Assembly: GCF_018977255.1 (NCBI RefSeq)
Contig: NW_024705373.1
Span: 1-50,648 of the forward strand
Direction: 5' to 3'
Source of the DNA: Callorhinchus milii
Lineage: Eukaryota
DNA: 50,648 nt
Shown here: in pieces, positions 12,168-24,175 of the stretch
Numbering within the stretch: the first letter of the stretch is position 1
How the letters are laid out: each line of letters starts with the position of its first letter
Program-made: the position numbers and the translations under genes
Notes under the pieces: generated by a model
The model's input: the letters and a program-made list of their open reading frames with translations, nothing else
The model's database searches: none
Told to the model about the DNA's origin: nothing

Positions 12168-12433
12168 CACTATGAAACACAATTTTTGTTCATGGGTATT
12201 AAGTGTTATTTTTTTTATTGCTCATGCCTAAAAAGTATAGAAAATCGCTATTATTCCCCACAAACTTTGCTTTTGTAACCAGGCCCGTTTTGAAAATAGG
12301 TAAATTTCTAAATATCAATATCCTGGTCACAAAAGCAAAGTTTGTTGGGTATAATAGCAATTTTCTGTACTTTTGAGGCATAGGCAATTAGGAAATACCA
12401 CTACCCAGGAACATTTTTTGTTGTTACACAGTG
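12168..12433. mobile_element. MITE with long TIRs, Chapaev3-like (copy in unit A)
   Basis: CACTATG...CACAGTG termini, long internal inverted repeats and TAA on both sides of the pre-LTR site. Paralogous copies at 29148-29365 and 37416-37714. Confidence 0.75.
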
Positions 12434-12477
12434 TAATAACTGCGCCACCGCTCCCCACGTAAATAAACTCTTACAGA

Positions 12478-13135
12478 TGTAGTGACATAGCAGGATGTTA
12501 CTGTGTAGTGCCGGCCCTAGAGAGGCACGGCGTGCGGTGTAATGACATCACGGATACCACGATGGTGGGTGTAGTACCGGCCCTAGAGGGGCTCCGTGAG
12601 CGCTGATTGATATCGCTGGATGGCACCACGCTTGGCGTGTAGTACCGGCCCTACAGGATAGGGTGTGGGAGTGCCAGCCGTAGGAATTAGGTTACTAAAG
12701 GCCATGGCACTCTTGTTGACCTAGAGGACACGTGACCAGTTAAGTCTACAAAGGGGCCCCAAGTGGGGGCTAGGGGTGGTCACGTGGTTGGGGTCCAGAT
12801 CCTGCTCGAAGATTCTGGAAGGTGGTCGTGGCCAAGGGTGGAGCCAGCCACACCGCAGAGAATATAAGGCGGGTCCCCCAGAGGACCGGCGTTGTTGTTC
12901 ATCCTGAAGAAACCTTCGTATACGTTTTACGTTCCACCGAGTCTCCAACAAGTGGACCTGGACCCGAGCCGTGGTCCCTGTCCGTCGTAGATATTTACGT
13001 TGTAATTAGTGTAGTTAGCCTGGTGGTCACCACCATAGGTTGTTATTCTGTTAAGGGGCAGTTACCCCGTGTGTTGGTGTTAAATAAATGTGTTGCCTCC
13101 AAGTGTACATCTGCGACTCAGATGAACTCACTACA
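12478..13135 (+). mobile_element. Solo LTR (658 bp)
   Basis: TGTAGTG...CACTACA termini, CAGA/CATA 4-bp flanks, TATAA near 12863 and AATAAA near 13083. Paralogous copy at 29410-30061. Confidence 0.85.
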
Positions 13136-13836
13136 CATACATTTCACATGAATGCCATGTAAGTGTGGATCACTTGTCAGCACCACCAAACACATACTAT
13201 TCATACCCACTTCAAGCACTGCAAACAATTACTCCCTTCAACAACTTACATCCTTATACTTCATTCCTCTGCAGCTTTGTCTTCACATTCCTACAACGAT
13301 TACACATTCAACTATCAGTTCATTAACAATCTCACCACAGCATTCACTCACACACTCACTATTTATGCTTATTCTGCTTACTAATTTTTACCTCCACCTA
13401 TAACGTTCCTTGCAGAAAACGCGCACTTTTCTTCACCAAAGCTGATTACAATAACTGATGCCATTCGTACAAGTGCTGCCATGGCTGCATCTATTGAGGA
13501 CACTTCTGAACACCCAAGAAGCAAGACGGCATGCTGCCAGTGCTGCTAAGCCTGCACCTACAGTGAATGCATCTCATCAACAGCAATAGGCTACACAAAA
13601 CTAACACAGCACAAATGGCTGCTGCCACAGCTAATCAAACTCCAGTCCGCCAACAAGCACGGCAGCTTGCAAACAGTACGACAATGGCTGCAACCAGGTG
13701 CCTACCCTGCAGCCACAAAGATAAGCATTTTTTTCCATACATTCCTCACTTCATCTTCTTGGTTCTTTCGGTAAAGTCACGTAGAAGGAAGTAATAAAAT
13801 AATAAAAAATAATAAAAATAAAACATAATAAAATTA

Positions 13837-13885
13837 TTCTCACGACGTTTCGGCCACAACGCAAGCAGCCGTCCTCAGGTGAAAA
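13837..13885 (-). ncRNA. Minimal type I hammerhead ribozyme, intact
   Basis: UUUUCAC-CUGAGGA-C-GGCUGC-uugcguu-GUGGCC-GAAAC-GUC-GUGAGAA. Confidence 0.85.
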
Positions 13886-14075
13886 CCAGGTCCGTCGAGG
13901 CGACAGAGTCTGAATGAAACAGCACACGAGCTTGGAGCATATATATGTAAGCTGGGCGCATTGACAAAGGAATTTGCATATCAAGAGGAATTTAGCATAT
14001 TTATGGGAAATGCAGGAATGTGATTAGTACTGCATATGCATGTGCATTATGCCGGATTAACAGCATCAAAGGGAG

Positions 14076-14210
14076 CTGCAGTTGCTGCTGCTGCTGCTGC
14101 AGTTGCTGCTGCTGCTGCAGTTTCTGCTGCTGCTGCAGTTGCTGCTGCTGCAGTTGCTGCTGCTGCAGTTGCTGCTGCTGCTGTAGTTGCTGCTGCTACT
14201 GCAGTTGCTG
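14076..14210. repeat. Compound (GCT)n/GCAGTT microsatellite in the Penelope 3' UTR
   Basis: Repeated gcagtt(gct)n units. Confidence 0.95.
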
Positions 14211-14669
14211 CCTTATCCGTTTAATATAACACTATGTATTATTCTACCCACCCTAATGTGTATTACACTGCTATATATTTACTATACAATTACGACACCA
14301 TACATTACTCTGCACACTGCACCATGCCAGTGAGTGGAACGTGGTCTGAAAGTCACCGTAAACGTGAACACAATCAGTTAAGATCCGAAATGGTTTATTA
14401 CGTCCTTCCAATGATTGCTAAGCCAGAATCCATCTTCTCGGTTGAAATTGTCTCTGTGTTTGTATATGTGGATCGCCTCATGAACGAATCTCTCATGATA
14501 GCCAGATGGCTTGCAGAGAACCTCTGTCTTGGAGAAGTCAATGTCATGTGAGCCCACTGAATTATAACAGTGATCTGCCACGGCTGAGGTGTTTGTCCTA
14601 CCGTGTTTCAGGTCTGCCTCGTTTTTTGTCTGAAATCCTACGGCCTTTCACTGGAAAAACCACCTCTGC

Positions 14670-15937
14670 AGCCCTACACCTGTACACCTTGGGGTGCAAC
14701 AGCGATATCCTCTGGCTCCCACGTTATTTACATATATTTGGACCACGTCGTTCATGAAGCCTTCAATGGCTGTACCGCTAGAATTTTCATCTGGTACAGA
14801 TACAATGGGAGGCTGATCGATGCCCGGGTGCGGTCAAGGGATGGCACTCTATTGTTCAACCACGTTATGTATGCCGATGATCTGCTAATTGCAACTCACT
14901 CGGAGGAGGAGTTCGAGGTGCTGCTGCTGAACCTGGAGCTTGCCACCAAGAGGTGGGGCCTTACCATCAGCCCCACTAAAACTAAGCACCTGCCTGGGTA
15001 TTTTCTACCATCGGACGCTCCACCCCCACAACTTCCATTTGGTGATGGGCCAGTTGTGGAGACAGTGGAGAGTTTCCCATACCTTGCCAGTGTGCTAATG
15101 ACCAGCTCTGGTTTAACAGCAGAGGTCTCACTCCGAATCAGTCGAGCCACATTATCTTGTCATTGGTTGCGTGACACTGTGTGGAAGCTACCTGGTCTAT
15201 CACTCCGCACGAAGCTTCAGGTTTCTCGGCCACGGTCATTCCCTCCCTTCTCTACGCTTGCGCCCCCCTAATGGAACATCTTCGCCGGTTACAAACATTT
15301 AGGATGGCCTGCCTACGATCCATCCTGGATTTAGCTAGGCTGCATTGTGTGAGGAACTCACAAATCCTTGAAAGATGTGGACAAAGTCCCATCAGTGAGT
15401 TCCTCCGCCAGGTAAGGCTGCGTTGCCTGAGTCATGTAGCCCGCATGGCCAGACACCACATGCCTAAACATCTTTTGTTCGGCCGGATCGAGGGGGCTAA
15501 ACGGGCCGGCACGGGCTAGAGAAGACATGGAGTGATGTGGTACAGGAGGACGTGGAGCTGAGTCGACTTGCCGATGACTGGTACCAAGCCGTGTCAAGAT
15601 CGGCCTCTGTGGAGGAGCCTCCTGAAGGACGCTACTGGGCAGTTGGAGGCAGTCGCCCTCCAACAACAATGGAGGGCAGAAGAGCGACGCTCACAACAAC
15701 GAGCGGAGCGCCGGGTGGCTAAAGCACAGCAAGTTGCCACAGTAGGGGGCACAGGTGGTGCATCAGCCAGTCGTATCAGTCAGTCGACCTGTGCCATCTG
15801 GGTCTGCCTCGTGACCTCCTGCCAGCGGGCGTTCGACACTTTACGTGGCCTCAAGGTGCACATAGCCTGGCACAAGCATTGCAAGCGTTGTGGTGATGTC
15901 ACCGCCACTTACTGGCGAATGGCGGTTGTTGTTGTTC
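14670..15937 (+). mobile_element. Second RTE-like LINE family, 5'-truncated and decayed
   Basis: MYADD, FPYLAS, LRCLSHVARM..PKHLLFG; 3' hairpin ccgccact..tggcgg followed by a (GTT)n tail. Confidence 0.85.
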
Positions 15938-16069
15938 AGTCTATGTATGTATGTGTGAGTCGATATGTGCGTGTAACTCTATGTGTATGTGTCAGTCGAT
16001 TTGTGTGTGTAACTACATGTGTGTGTGTCTGCCTTTTTGGCCCGGGCAACGCTGGGTACTCACCGCTCG
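15938..16069 (+). mobile_element. Helitron-like 3' end (GT-rich tract, hairpin, CTCG in place of CTAG)
   Basis: cccgggcaacgctggg...ctcg|t; homologous to 29015-29136. Confidence 0.6.
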
Positions 16070-16695
16070 TGTCAATATAAATGTACGTGTCTGTATTCAT
16101 TACGGTATTCATTACAATACAAATGAATGTGTATTTATTCTAATTGTAAGGTTTATTAACTACGTTAATTTAGTGTTAATGAGTTTGAATGTGCTTTGAC
16201 TAAAGCACTCAGCTTTTGTATTGTTTTTTTGTTAATTTGTGTACATTTATGCACTTTAAAATATAAATGTACGTGTCTATATTTATTGTAATACAAATAC
16301 AAGGATATTTATTCAAATGTTGGGTTTATTTTATTTGTTTATTGAGTTAAAAATGACACCGGTCACACTTTTTCTGGCATAAGGTATTCTAACGGTTTTA
16401 AGGTTATTTTGGGGTGCTGATTCCAAATCTGGCATCATTTTTCAGGTTTTTAAGATATCAAATATTGCATTTTCAATAAAAACAGCAAATGTATGCTCAT
16501 ATACGAATAGCTAAACAGACATCCATACAAGAATAAGATAACATACAATAATAATGAAACAAACATTTAATGAGCCGTAGCACAAAGTTGTGAGAGTGAC
16601 TGCATATCAATGTGGGTGAATGCATATTACCATGTAAGAATTGAATTGTGAAGATAAGAAAAATATGTACAAAAAGGTCATTCACAATAGTGATG

Positions 16696-18378
16696 TTACA
16701 TCTGCATAAACGACCTCTTCTTTGATGATCTCCGATGTACAGCTTGTGGAATGTCTCTCATCAAGGACCAGCAGTAATCTGCCATCATGTTTGAGTCCCA
16801 TCGGCCTTGGTAACGTTCTTTCAAAACTTTAATGTCTTGATGAAAGCATTCACCTTGCTCTTCGCTCACGTGACCCATGTTCTCTGGAAACTGGGCCAAG
16901 TGACTATGTAAGTAGTGAACCTTGATGCTCATTCTACATCCAAGTGCTTGTAAACTCAAGAGCAGCTCCTCCACAATCTCGCGATAGTTGTCCGCTTTCC
17001 TGTTCTCAAGGAAATTCCGCACCACATCAGATAATGCATTCCAAGCTCGAGCCTCTGCCACAGTCATTGTTATAACAAAGTGTGGATCCCTGATGAGTGT
17101 TCTTATTTGAGGGCCATCAAATATTCCTGCCTTTTCTTCTCGGCACTGAGACTTGAAAAGGTTGAACATATATAGCTGAAGCAGTCTCAAGATCAAGAGC
17201 TTTGACGAATTGCTTCATTAATCCAAGTTTTATGTGCAGTGGGGGAAATAAAAAATGTTACCTATCAACCAGAGGCTCATTCTTGATGTTCTTGTCACCA
17301 GGCGTCAAACTCATTCTTGGTGGCCAGTTCTTTTTAACCCAGTGTTCTAATGTAGCCCTACTGTCTCAGTAGCACAGGAAACAATGGTATTTGGTGTGAC
17401 CTCCTTGCTGACCCAGCAGAAAATTTACCATTTTCAAATCAACACAAATTAGCCATTCATGAACAGGGTATTCCAATCTATCCAGAACAATCTTGATGTT
17501 GGCATACTCTTCATTCATTTTTACAGTGTCCTATTGGGATTGAACCATATATATTTCTGTTGTGAAGTAACACACATTTCAAACTCCTTTTACTACTGTC
17601 AATAAAAAGTCTAAATTCACTTGAATCATATGCGGGCAGTCCCATATTGAGAAGAAGCTCTTCAACATCATTACAATAAACAAGTTGACCATCTGAATGG
17701 AAGTACTGCTTCTCTGTTACGATAAAAGGGGACAGTAGTGCCAGGTCTGAGTAGTCCTTTCTCTTGCAGCCTGGAAGCCAACAATTCAGCAGACTGCTTT
17801 GGCAAATCCAAATATCTTACAAGATCATTCAATTCAGGCTGACTAAACAGATAAATGTTATCACAATCTGCATCAGATGGCGTAAATTCGATCTGAGCAT
17901 CATCATCATCTGTAGAAGCAGGTAAACTGAGGGATTCAACATCAATCTCTGGTAGCTCAGTAAATACAGGCACAGGTATTTCCTCACAGTGCTCAACTGG
18001 TCGTCTGGCAGATGGGATATCTGGGTATTGTAAGTGTTGTTTGTTTTTCTTATTGAAACCTTTTACATTCACAAGGCAGAAGTAGCAGTTATCCAAATGG
18101 TTTGTAGGTTCTCTCCAAACCATTGGCACACCAAACTTCAGCTTAGCATTCTTTCCTTTAGACCATGATCGCAAAGTTTCAACACAGGTTTTACACACTT
18201 TGTGAGGAGCCCAATTTTTGTCTTGGTCTCCAAGTCGTACTTTAAAGTAGGCAAGATAAACCTTCTTGACAAAGGTATTGATGTTGTGCCTTTGATCCTG
18301 AAAAGTGAAGCTGCCACAGATGTAGCAGAAGATATCTGGGCCATTACTGCATTTCCTTCTTTCGGATGTTGTAGCCAT
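16696..18378 (-). pseudogene. Chapaev3-type transposase with frameshifts and stops; splice acceptor just upstream of the ATG (18393)
   Basis: FCYICG, GDQDKNWAPHKVCKTC, WREPTNHLDNCYFC, RLFIDSSKRSLK, CVDLK, PPLHIKLG, FDGPQI, SEEQGECFHQDI, MMADYCW. Confidence 0.88.
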
Positions 18379-18544
18379 TGTTAGATCACGCCCTGCAGAA
18401 GAAAAATATTAAATAAATGTGGATATCTACATAAAATGGTATTATAAACACACTATCCTAAAAATACAGCACCATATTTTTACACTAACTCGCAACAACT
18501 TGAAATCATAAGTGACAGAGCTAATTTCGGGTAAAATCAATGAG

Positions 18545-19645
18545 CAGTGGCGGCTCGTCAATAGAGGGCGCAGGGGCGCCGCCCCCATCAATATTCAAGA
18601 AATATACATATACAAAATTTATATAAAAATACATAAATAAAATATTTTTTTCATACGATGTGCCGGCTGGTAATAAGAAAAGCATCAGCATTTTAATAAA
18701 AACTGGCTTTAATCGTCAACTATTTTCTATGTTTTTCAATGTGTTTCATGCGGGGCGCCGGACAAATGGATGTCTATGTGAGACTTTAAATTTTCGGACA
18801 GCATGTGACCTGAAGCTGGTCTCTAATTGGTTTCTTAAAGATTCTCCTCGGGGCGCAAGTCGTTGCGTCCCTGGCCAATCAGAATTGGATACATGTTATT
18901 TTATCCAATCTGATTGGTTCTCGTCACCTGTCATTCAAATTTACGCTCTTGGCCACTACTGCGAGTGCGCAGGCGACACCACTTTGACACTTGCTAGGCT
19001 GATTAAATTTTTTGTGTAAACAATGGCAGCAGTTCATCCAAATTCTGTAATTTATTTACAAAAAAACCCTTTCACAAGGCTTTCGCTGGAAGAAATAAAA
19101 AAGATAAAGGATCTCGGTACGGACCAACCCGATTTACAAATTTAGCAGCAGGCCAGTGACAGAGGACGAAGCTACACACGAAGCTGCACCCGCGCTTGTT
19201 ATGAGAAACGGAGGTGGCTGGCTGGATGTGATGTTAGCAATTCTCTTTTTTGTTTTCCCTGTCTTTTATTTCAAAGTGTCAGCACTGACGTTTTGTGGAC
19301 AACGATGGGGGTAAGAGACCTCAAACATCTCTCTGACAAATGCAAACGTCATGAAAGTAGCCGCAGCCATATTGATAATAGCATGAAACTAACGTTTTTA
19401 TGTTCAAGTAGGAAACATGCTTTTTGGTACTTTGGTCTGAAATGTATATAAAAGAGAAACATTTATGTTCAAGTAGGAAACATGCTTTTTGGTACTTCTT
19501 TTGGTCTGAAATGTAAATAAAGATCATCAAAATTTATATTTAAGTAGTCAAATTGGTTTTTGGTACTGCTTTATATTTATTTGCCCCCCTCAATAAAATA
19601 AAAAAAATGCGCCCCCCCAAAAATAAATATCACCAGCCGCTACTG
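18545..19645 (+). mobile_element. Internally deleted hAT transposon nested in the Chapaev3 element
   Basis: 8-bp TSD TCAATGAG (18537-18544, 19646-19653); TIRs CAGTGGCGGCTCGT/CAGTAGCGGCTGGT; N-terminal ZnF_TTF-like fragment at 19023-19394 (WLAGC..LFCFPC..W..G..RHESSRSH) with one stop. Confidence 0.92.
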
Positions 19646-20092
19646 TCAATGAGAATGGGGTATGTCGATAGCATAAAAATGAGATGTGATATGGCAAATC
19701 TGAGATCAGATTTGGAATCAGCACCCTGAAATTAGTCTAAAACAGCTAGTTCGCCAGCGCATTGTCTAAAGCCCTAGGCTACAAGCTTTTCGTATTGTGT
19801 ATTTATTATCCTTTACGGTTTATGAATGAATATGAGGAAGCCACTGGGGCATATTGAAAACTATTTTCTCTAGAACAGTTTGTTTGCGTGCTTAGTTTGT
19901 TGTCCTTCCCCCGCACCTCCAATTATCGCGGTCAGCTGTGTACGGTGCGAAAGAAGTTCAACGTAGAGTTGTGAGCTGCTCACACGAGGCGGCCTGGTGA
20001 CACCCAGGACGGGTCGTAGGCAGGACTCCCAGAACGTAACAAAAAGCGCAGATATTCAACTCAACACTCACAAACACCCACACACAAATGGT

Positions 20093-20170
20093 GCAACCGC
20101 AATTTGCCGCTAAGTGGCGGTGATGTCACCACGACGCGTGTGCCAGGCTATGTGCACGACCCAGGTGCCA
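20093..20170 (-). mobile_element. 3' end fragment of the second RTE-like family
   Basis: Reverse complement of gcacatagcctggcac..gtggtgacatcaccgccactta. Confidence 0.75.
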
Positions 20171-20575
20171 CGGGTTGACTTGCACACAACCACACTCAGA
20201 CGAAGACCCACATTTAGCCTTAACGTGCTGTTCCCGAGCAGTATAAATGGGGGCCGGCATGGCACAGGAGGAGGTGTGTGGGTAGAACCAGGCCCGGCCG
20301 CCTTTGTCACCCGAAGTCACAGGGAGCAGCACCCAGGGCCATGCGGACCGCCGTGGTCGTGGTGGTGAGGAGTGACGCGTCGCTCATGCTCGTGTGAAGT
20401 GCACGGAGAGTCTGTGGCGGAGTGCTTGAGCAGACCGAGAGAAATTGCCGGCCGTGGCCACAAATTTTGCAGATAGATTAACCTGTTTCAATGAATAAAT
20501 GTCCCCACAAAACCCAACCTAAAAAATCAGGGAGTCATGTCTGCTTGACGTCCTATTGACAAATGCCCCTCACAA

Positions 20576-20828
20576 TTGGTTGAGAAGCACTCCATGAGAT
20601 ACTTGAGCATTCAGGCATTTACTAATGATGTGCTTCACTTGGATATTGACAAGGTCTCTGAAATCCCTAACCTGACTACGGCTTGGGAGACCTTCAGGTA
20701 CACGTTTCTCCAAATTCTTGACAAACATGCTCCGTTGGTTAGATTTAAAACTAAAGGCAACCGCCCACCATGGTTTGATCCTTTGATTACTAAGCTCATG
20801 AAAACTAGGGACAAGGCTTGGGCACTTG
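20576..20828 (+). pseudogene. LINE ORF2 linker fragment (CR1/L2-group-like)
   Basis: AWETFR..ILDKHAP..PPWFD..LMKTRDKAW pattern typical of the region between APE and RT. Confidence 0.65.
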
Positions 20829-20959
20829 CCCCAACATTCTGTCCAGGCTATACGGGGGATCTTTGTCTTTGTGTGTTGGAGCAAGTTTGAGTGGCGTGTA
20901 GCCATGGGAGTTAAACGGGTGCGTGCCGCTACAGTCATTGACTATGGTTGGACAGACGC

Positions 20960-21070
20960 TGATAGACAAGACACACACAGACAGACAAGACAGGCGGACA
21001 GACACAGACAAGAGGAACACAGAGACGGAGAAAGAGAGAGACGACAGAGACAGAGAGAGACACACAGAGG
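20960..21070. repeat. AGAC/AG low-complexity repeat
   Basis: Direct observation. Confidence 0.85.
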
Positions 21071-21188
21071 CGGGCAGAGATGTTGAATCGAACACACTTA
21101 ACTCGCTCCATGGAAAGAGTTTCCTCGATCTTTGCCCATCCCCGTTAGTCGTTCTAGTTTATATTTATTTCAGTGTGGCGTGTACATG

Positions 21189-21689
21189 TGTAACGGGTTC
21201 CGGAGACACTTGTAGAGGTAACTTCTTTATTATAATACAACACTCCAACAGTCCTGATACTCTGTTACAGCCTAGGTACACAGCCTAGGTACACAGCCTA
21301 GATACTCTACTCTGGCTACGCTCTGGAACTCGCCTCAGAAGGTCGTCGAGTCGGGAGTTCCAGAGTCCCACCACTGGCTCTCACAGCATCCCAGGGTCTT
21401 CAGATGGCTGGTCGTGGGTCTTGGGTCTTGAGTTACAACTGGGCCCTGATCGTCCAGGGAGCTCTCCTTTTATGCCTGGTCCAACGAGGGGTGGGGCCGT
21501 GTGCGCCACCAGACATCCCACAGAGCACACACAGCCCCCCCCCCCCCCCCCCCCCCCCGTTGGCGGCGCCAAGAGGCTTAAGCGTCTGGACCCGCCTGAG
21601 AACCCAACGCCTGGTGCCAAGAGGCTTAAGCGCCAGGCCCACCCAGGTCCCAGAGCCCCCAGCAGCCCCTCCCTTCTTATGTCACTACA
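21189..21689 (-). mobile_element. Solo LTR (501 bp)
   Basis: TGTA...TACA termini, 4-bp TSD CATG (21185-21188, 21690-21693) and AATAAA on the minus strand near 21226. Confidence 0.85.
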
Positions 21690-21807
21690 CATGTAAGCAA
21701 TGTGGGATATCGATGTACACAGATATGAACAAGATCAGCAGACGAGACGTCTTTCATACTCATTGGTTCTTTCCGTAAAGTCACGTAGGTAGAAAAAAGA
21801 AAATAAA

Positions 21808-21848
21808 TCGCGACGTTTCGATCACAACAAGCGGTTGTCCTCAGGCGA
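21808..21848 (-). ncRNA. Hammerhead variant in a Penelope-derived repeat; helix II degraded
   Basis: UCGC-CUGAGGA-C-AACCGC-uuguu-GUGAUC-GAAAC-GUC-GCGA; helix I has a compensatory change relative to the other copies. Confidence 0.6.
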
Positions 21849-23055
21849 AAACATCTAGACATTTTCGCGGCAGAAGTCACGTGAGCTACGGCACGTGACA
21901 TATATAAGGTGCCCCCCCCCCCCCCCCCCCCCCCCACTGTGACTTGCCCCGCTCAGCTGAGCATTGTTTTAATGCGGTGGGCTCACGCGAAATTGATTTC
22001 TGTAAGACAAAGGAACTTTGAAACCCACTGGCTATACTCTTATATAAGTACACAACTTCATCTACCTATGACGAACGCTGCACTTTCCGTCGTTTTCATG
22101 CAGGGGGCGCTGCAAACATACGCACCCCCTGTATGAACGACGGAGGCGCAGGGACAGACGTTCGATCATGTTGGAATCGATCTACGGACGGCGGTCTTCT
22201 CGCACAGCCAGCTCTGTGCCGCCTTATTTCGATCCCGCAATCCCGAAAAGGTGAAACTCCGCATGGAACCAAATCCCCGGCAAGGCCATCTACTTAACGA
22301 CGAAAGGAAATTTACACGAAATGTCGTTTTCAATTAAGTCTACCAGATGTAAAATTATATAAGCTTTTAATGAAGAAATACAATTATCTAATTCAAAACA
22401 TAATAAAATTCAACATTGTTTCATTTTCAAACTTTAAAACGGACCATCAGGAGCTTGCGTGGATGCGTCGTTCGTGCGCAGTTTTTTTTCATGACTTTCC
22501 TGGCCCAAGGCCGTAAATGGTTCTGAGGGGCTTGCTTCAACCCATGGTTGTGAACATTCAGACGTTAATCAGCAAGGATAATTTCTAGTCCTAGTTCGAC
22601 AAAATCTACGTCAACACGTAATACAAAATTATAATTCGTGTTGTAGAGAATGTACCTCCTATTCGTGTAACTTTTGAGTGGTATGCCTTGTAACTGATGA
22701 ATGATCCGAATGCGCTCCCTATTTCAAAGACAATGAGTTGCTCCAAAGGGAGATGCTTCCTGAAAACACAAAAGTACCCTTTGACCTGTATCACAAAAAC
22801 AACGGGTCTCACCAGAGTGATCTGTCCAGGTTACTTCCAAAACACACACTTTGTCCTAACATCACTTAATCAATGTTTAACCCTTATAGACAAAATGTTA
22901 CATGTACACACACAATCATACAAGTATTAATTCTAAATTATTGAGTCATTTTAACAAAATTTAATTACTGCACCTAATTATGCTGCATCAGGTTACATCG
23001 TATTAACAATAAGTTATTTTAAAAAATACACACCGTCTGCTTAAGTGTATGTACA

Positions 23056-23646
23056 TCTTCTTGGTTCTTTCGGTAAAGTCACGTAGAAGGGAAAATAATA
23101 AAAATAAAACATAATAAAATAATTCTCACAAAGTTTCGGCTGCAACGCAAGCAGCCGTCCTCAGGTGAAGAATGAAACACCACCAAGCTTGGAGCGAATA
23201 TTTAAGCTGGGTTGGCGGGGGAAGAAGAGCGCCTTGACAAAATAATTTGCATATCAAGAGGAATTTAGCATATTTATGGGAAATGCGTAGGAGGTGGGCG
23301 GGGGGTTTCAAAGTCATATTATGCCCGTGCATTATGCAGGATTAGCAGCATCAAAGGGAGGGGACAGGGGGTAGAATTAACAAAGGGAAGGAATGTTAAA
23401 TTCCTCTTGATATGCAAATTAATTTGTCAAGGCGCTCTTCTTCCCCCTCCAACCCAGCTTAAATATACGCTCCAAGCTTGGTGGTGTTTCATTCTTCACC
23501 GAGGACGGCTGCTTGCGTTGTAGCCGAAACGTCGTGAGAATTATTTTATTATGCTGTATTTTTATTATTTTATTATTTCCCTTCTACGTGACTTTACCGA
23601 AAGAACCAAGAAGATGAATCCCTGCAGTCACGAAAGCTTTAAATCG
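23056..23646. mobile_element. Penelope-derived inverted-repeat element with two hammerheads (23123-23170 minus, 23492-23540 plus)
   Basis: About 215-bp inverted arms around a spacer of about 120 bp. Flanked by AAGTGTATGTACA (23043-23055) and AAGTGAATGTACA (23647-23659). Absent from the paralogous position near 34600. Confidence 0.85.
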
Positions 23647-24175
23647 AAGTGAATGTACAACATAATAGTGTAATTCAAAACGAGTAGGCCATTGCATTCT
23701 GACGTCTGGGTCAAAATTGATCAAATTCTAAAACATTACCGACAAACTCCACAACTAAGATGCCACATCAACCACCGCCCCCTACTGACAGGCTCTTGTC
23801 CACATGCAGGCCGGTGCAGGGCCACCTCCTTGTGCCACACAGGGGCAGCTGCTACTTGGGGATGCTCTTCGAGTGTTTGAGACAAGATACGATACAAAAC
23901 TCCAAGTTGCTGAGGCAATTAAGCAAGCACCATGTAAATGCAATTATGATTACATATCGAATGCTTGGGAGCTTATTGGCTCTCACTCCTGGTTAGAGAT
24001 CTACGCAACCCACAGGTCCACAAAGACTGGCCGCTCTTGCCCTGCAGGTTGAACCGAGGAATTGAGCGTTCAACTTCACATTCTTGTCATTAAAGGCCTG
24101 TGACAAAGGTGCGTCTATTGGAGCGACAATCTCAAGCTACACATCTACCGGGTCTCCATTTGACTTTGTATTGTT

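Larger units (their letters stand above)
13750..14612 (-). mobile_element. 3' end of a Penelope-like element: GIY-YIG C-terminal fragment, 3' UTR and pseudo-LTR with hammerhead
   Basis: SAVADHC..SHDIDFSKTEVL..ERFVHEAIHI..NFNREDG..LSNHW (14378-14612) is the typical PLE endonuclease end. It is followed on the same strand by the hammerhead-bearing repeat. Confidence 0.85.
16357..19748 (-). mobile_element. Chapaev3-type DNA transposon with the 5' TIR truncated
   Basis: CAC terminus at 16357. Inverted subterminal gggtgctgattccaaatctg (about 16412) and cagatttggaatcagcaccc (about 19707) enclose the transposase. Confidence 0.75.

Noticed and set aside
13400..13720. Possible gag-like remnant
   Set aside because: Similarity is too weak and broken to call without a search.
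14020..14229. Poly-Cys and poly-Ala ORFs
   Set aside because: Translations of a (GCT)n microsatellite in the Penelope 3' UTR.
20170..20520. LTR-like fragment with TATAAA and AATAAA
   Set aside because: No TG...CA termini or TSD could be identified.
21850..22320. CpG-rich stretch with CACGTG E-boxes as a promoter for gene A or another gene
   Set aside because: No homology to the B and C candidate promoters and no exon evidence; could be repeat-derived.
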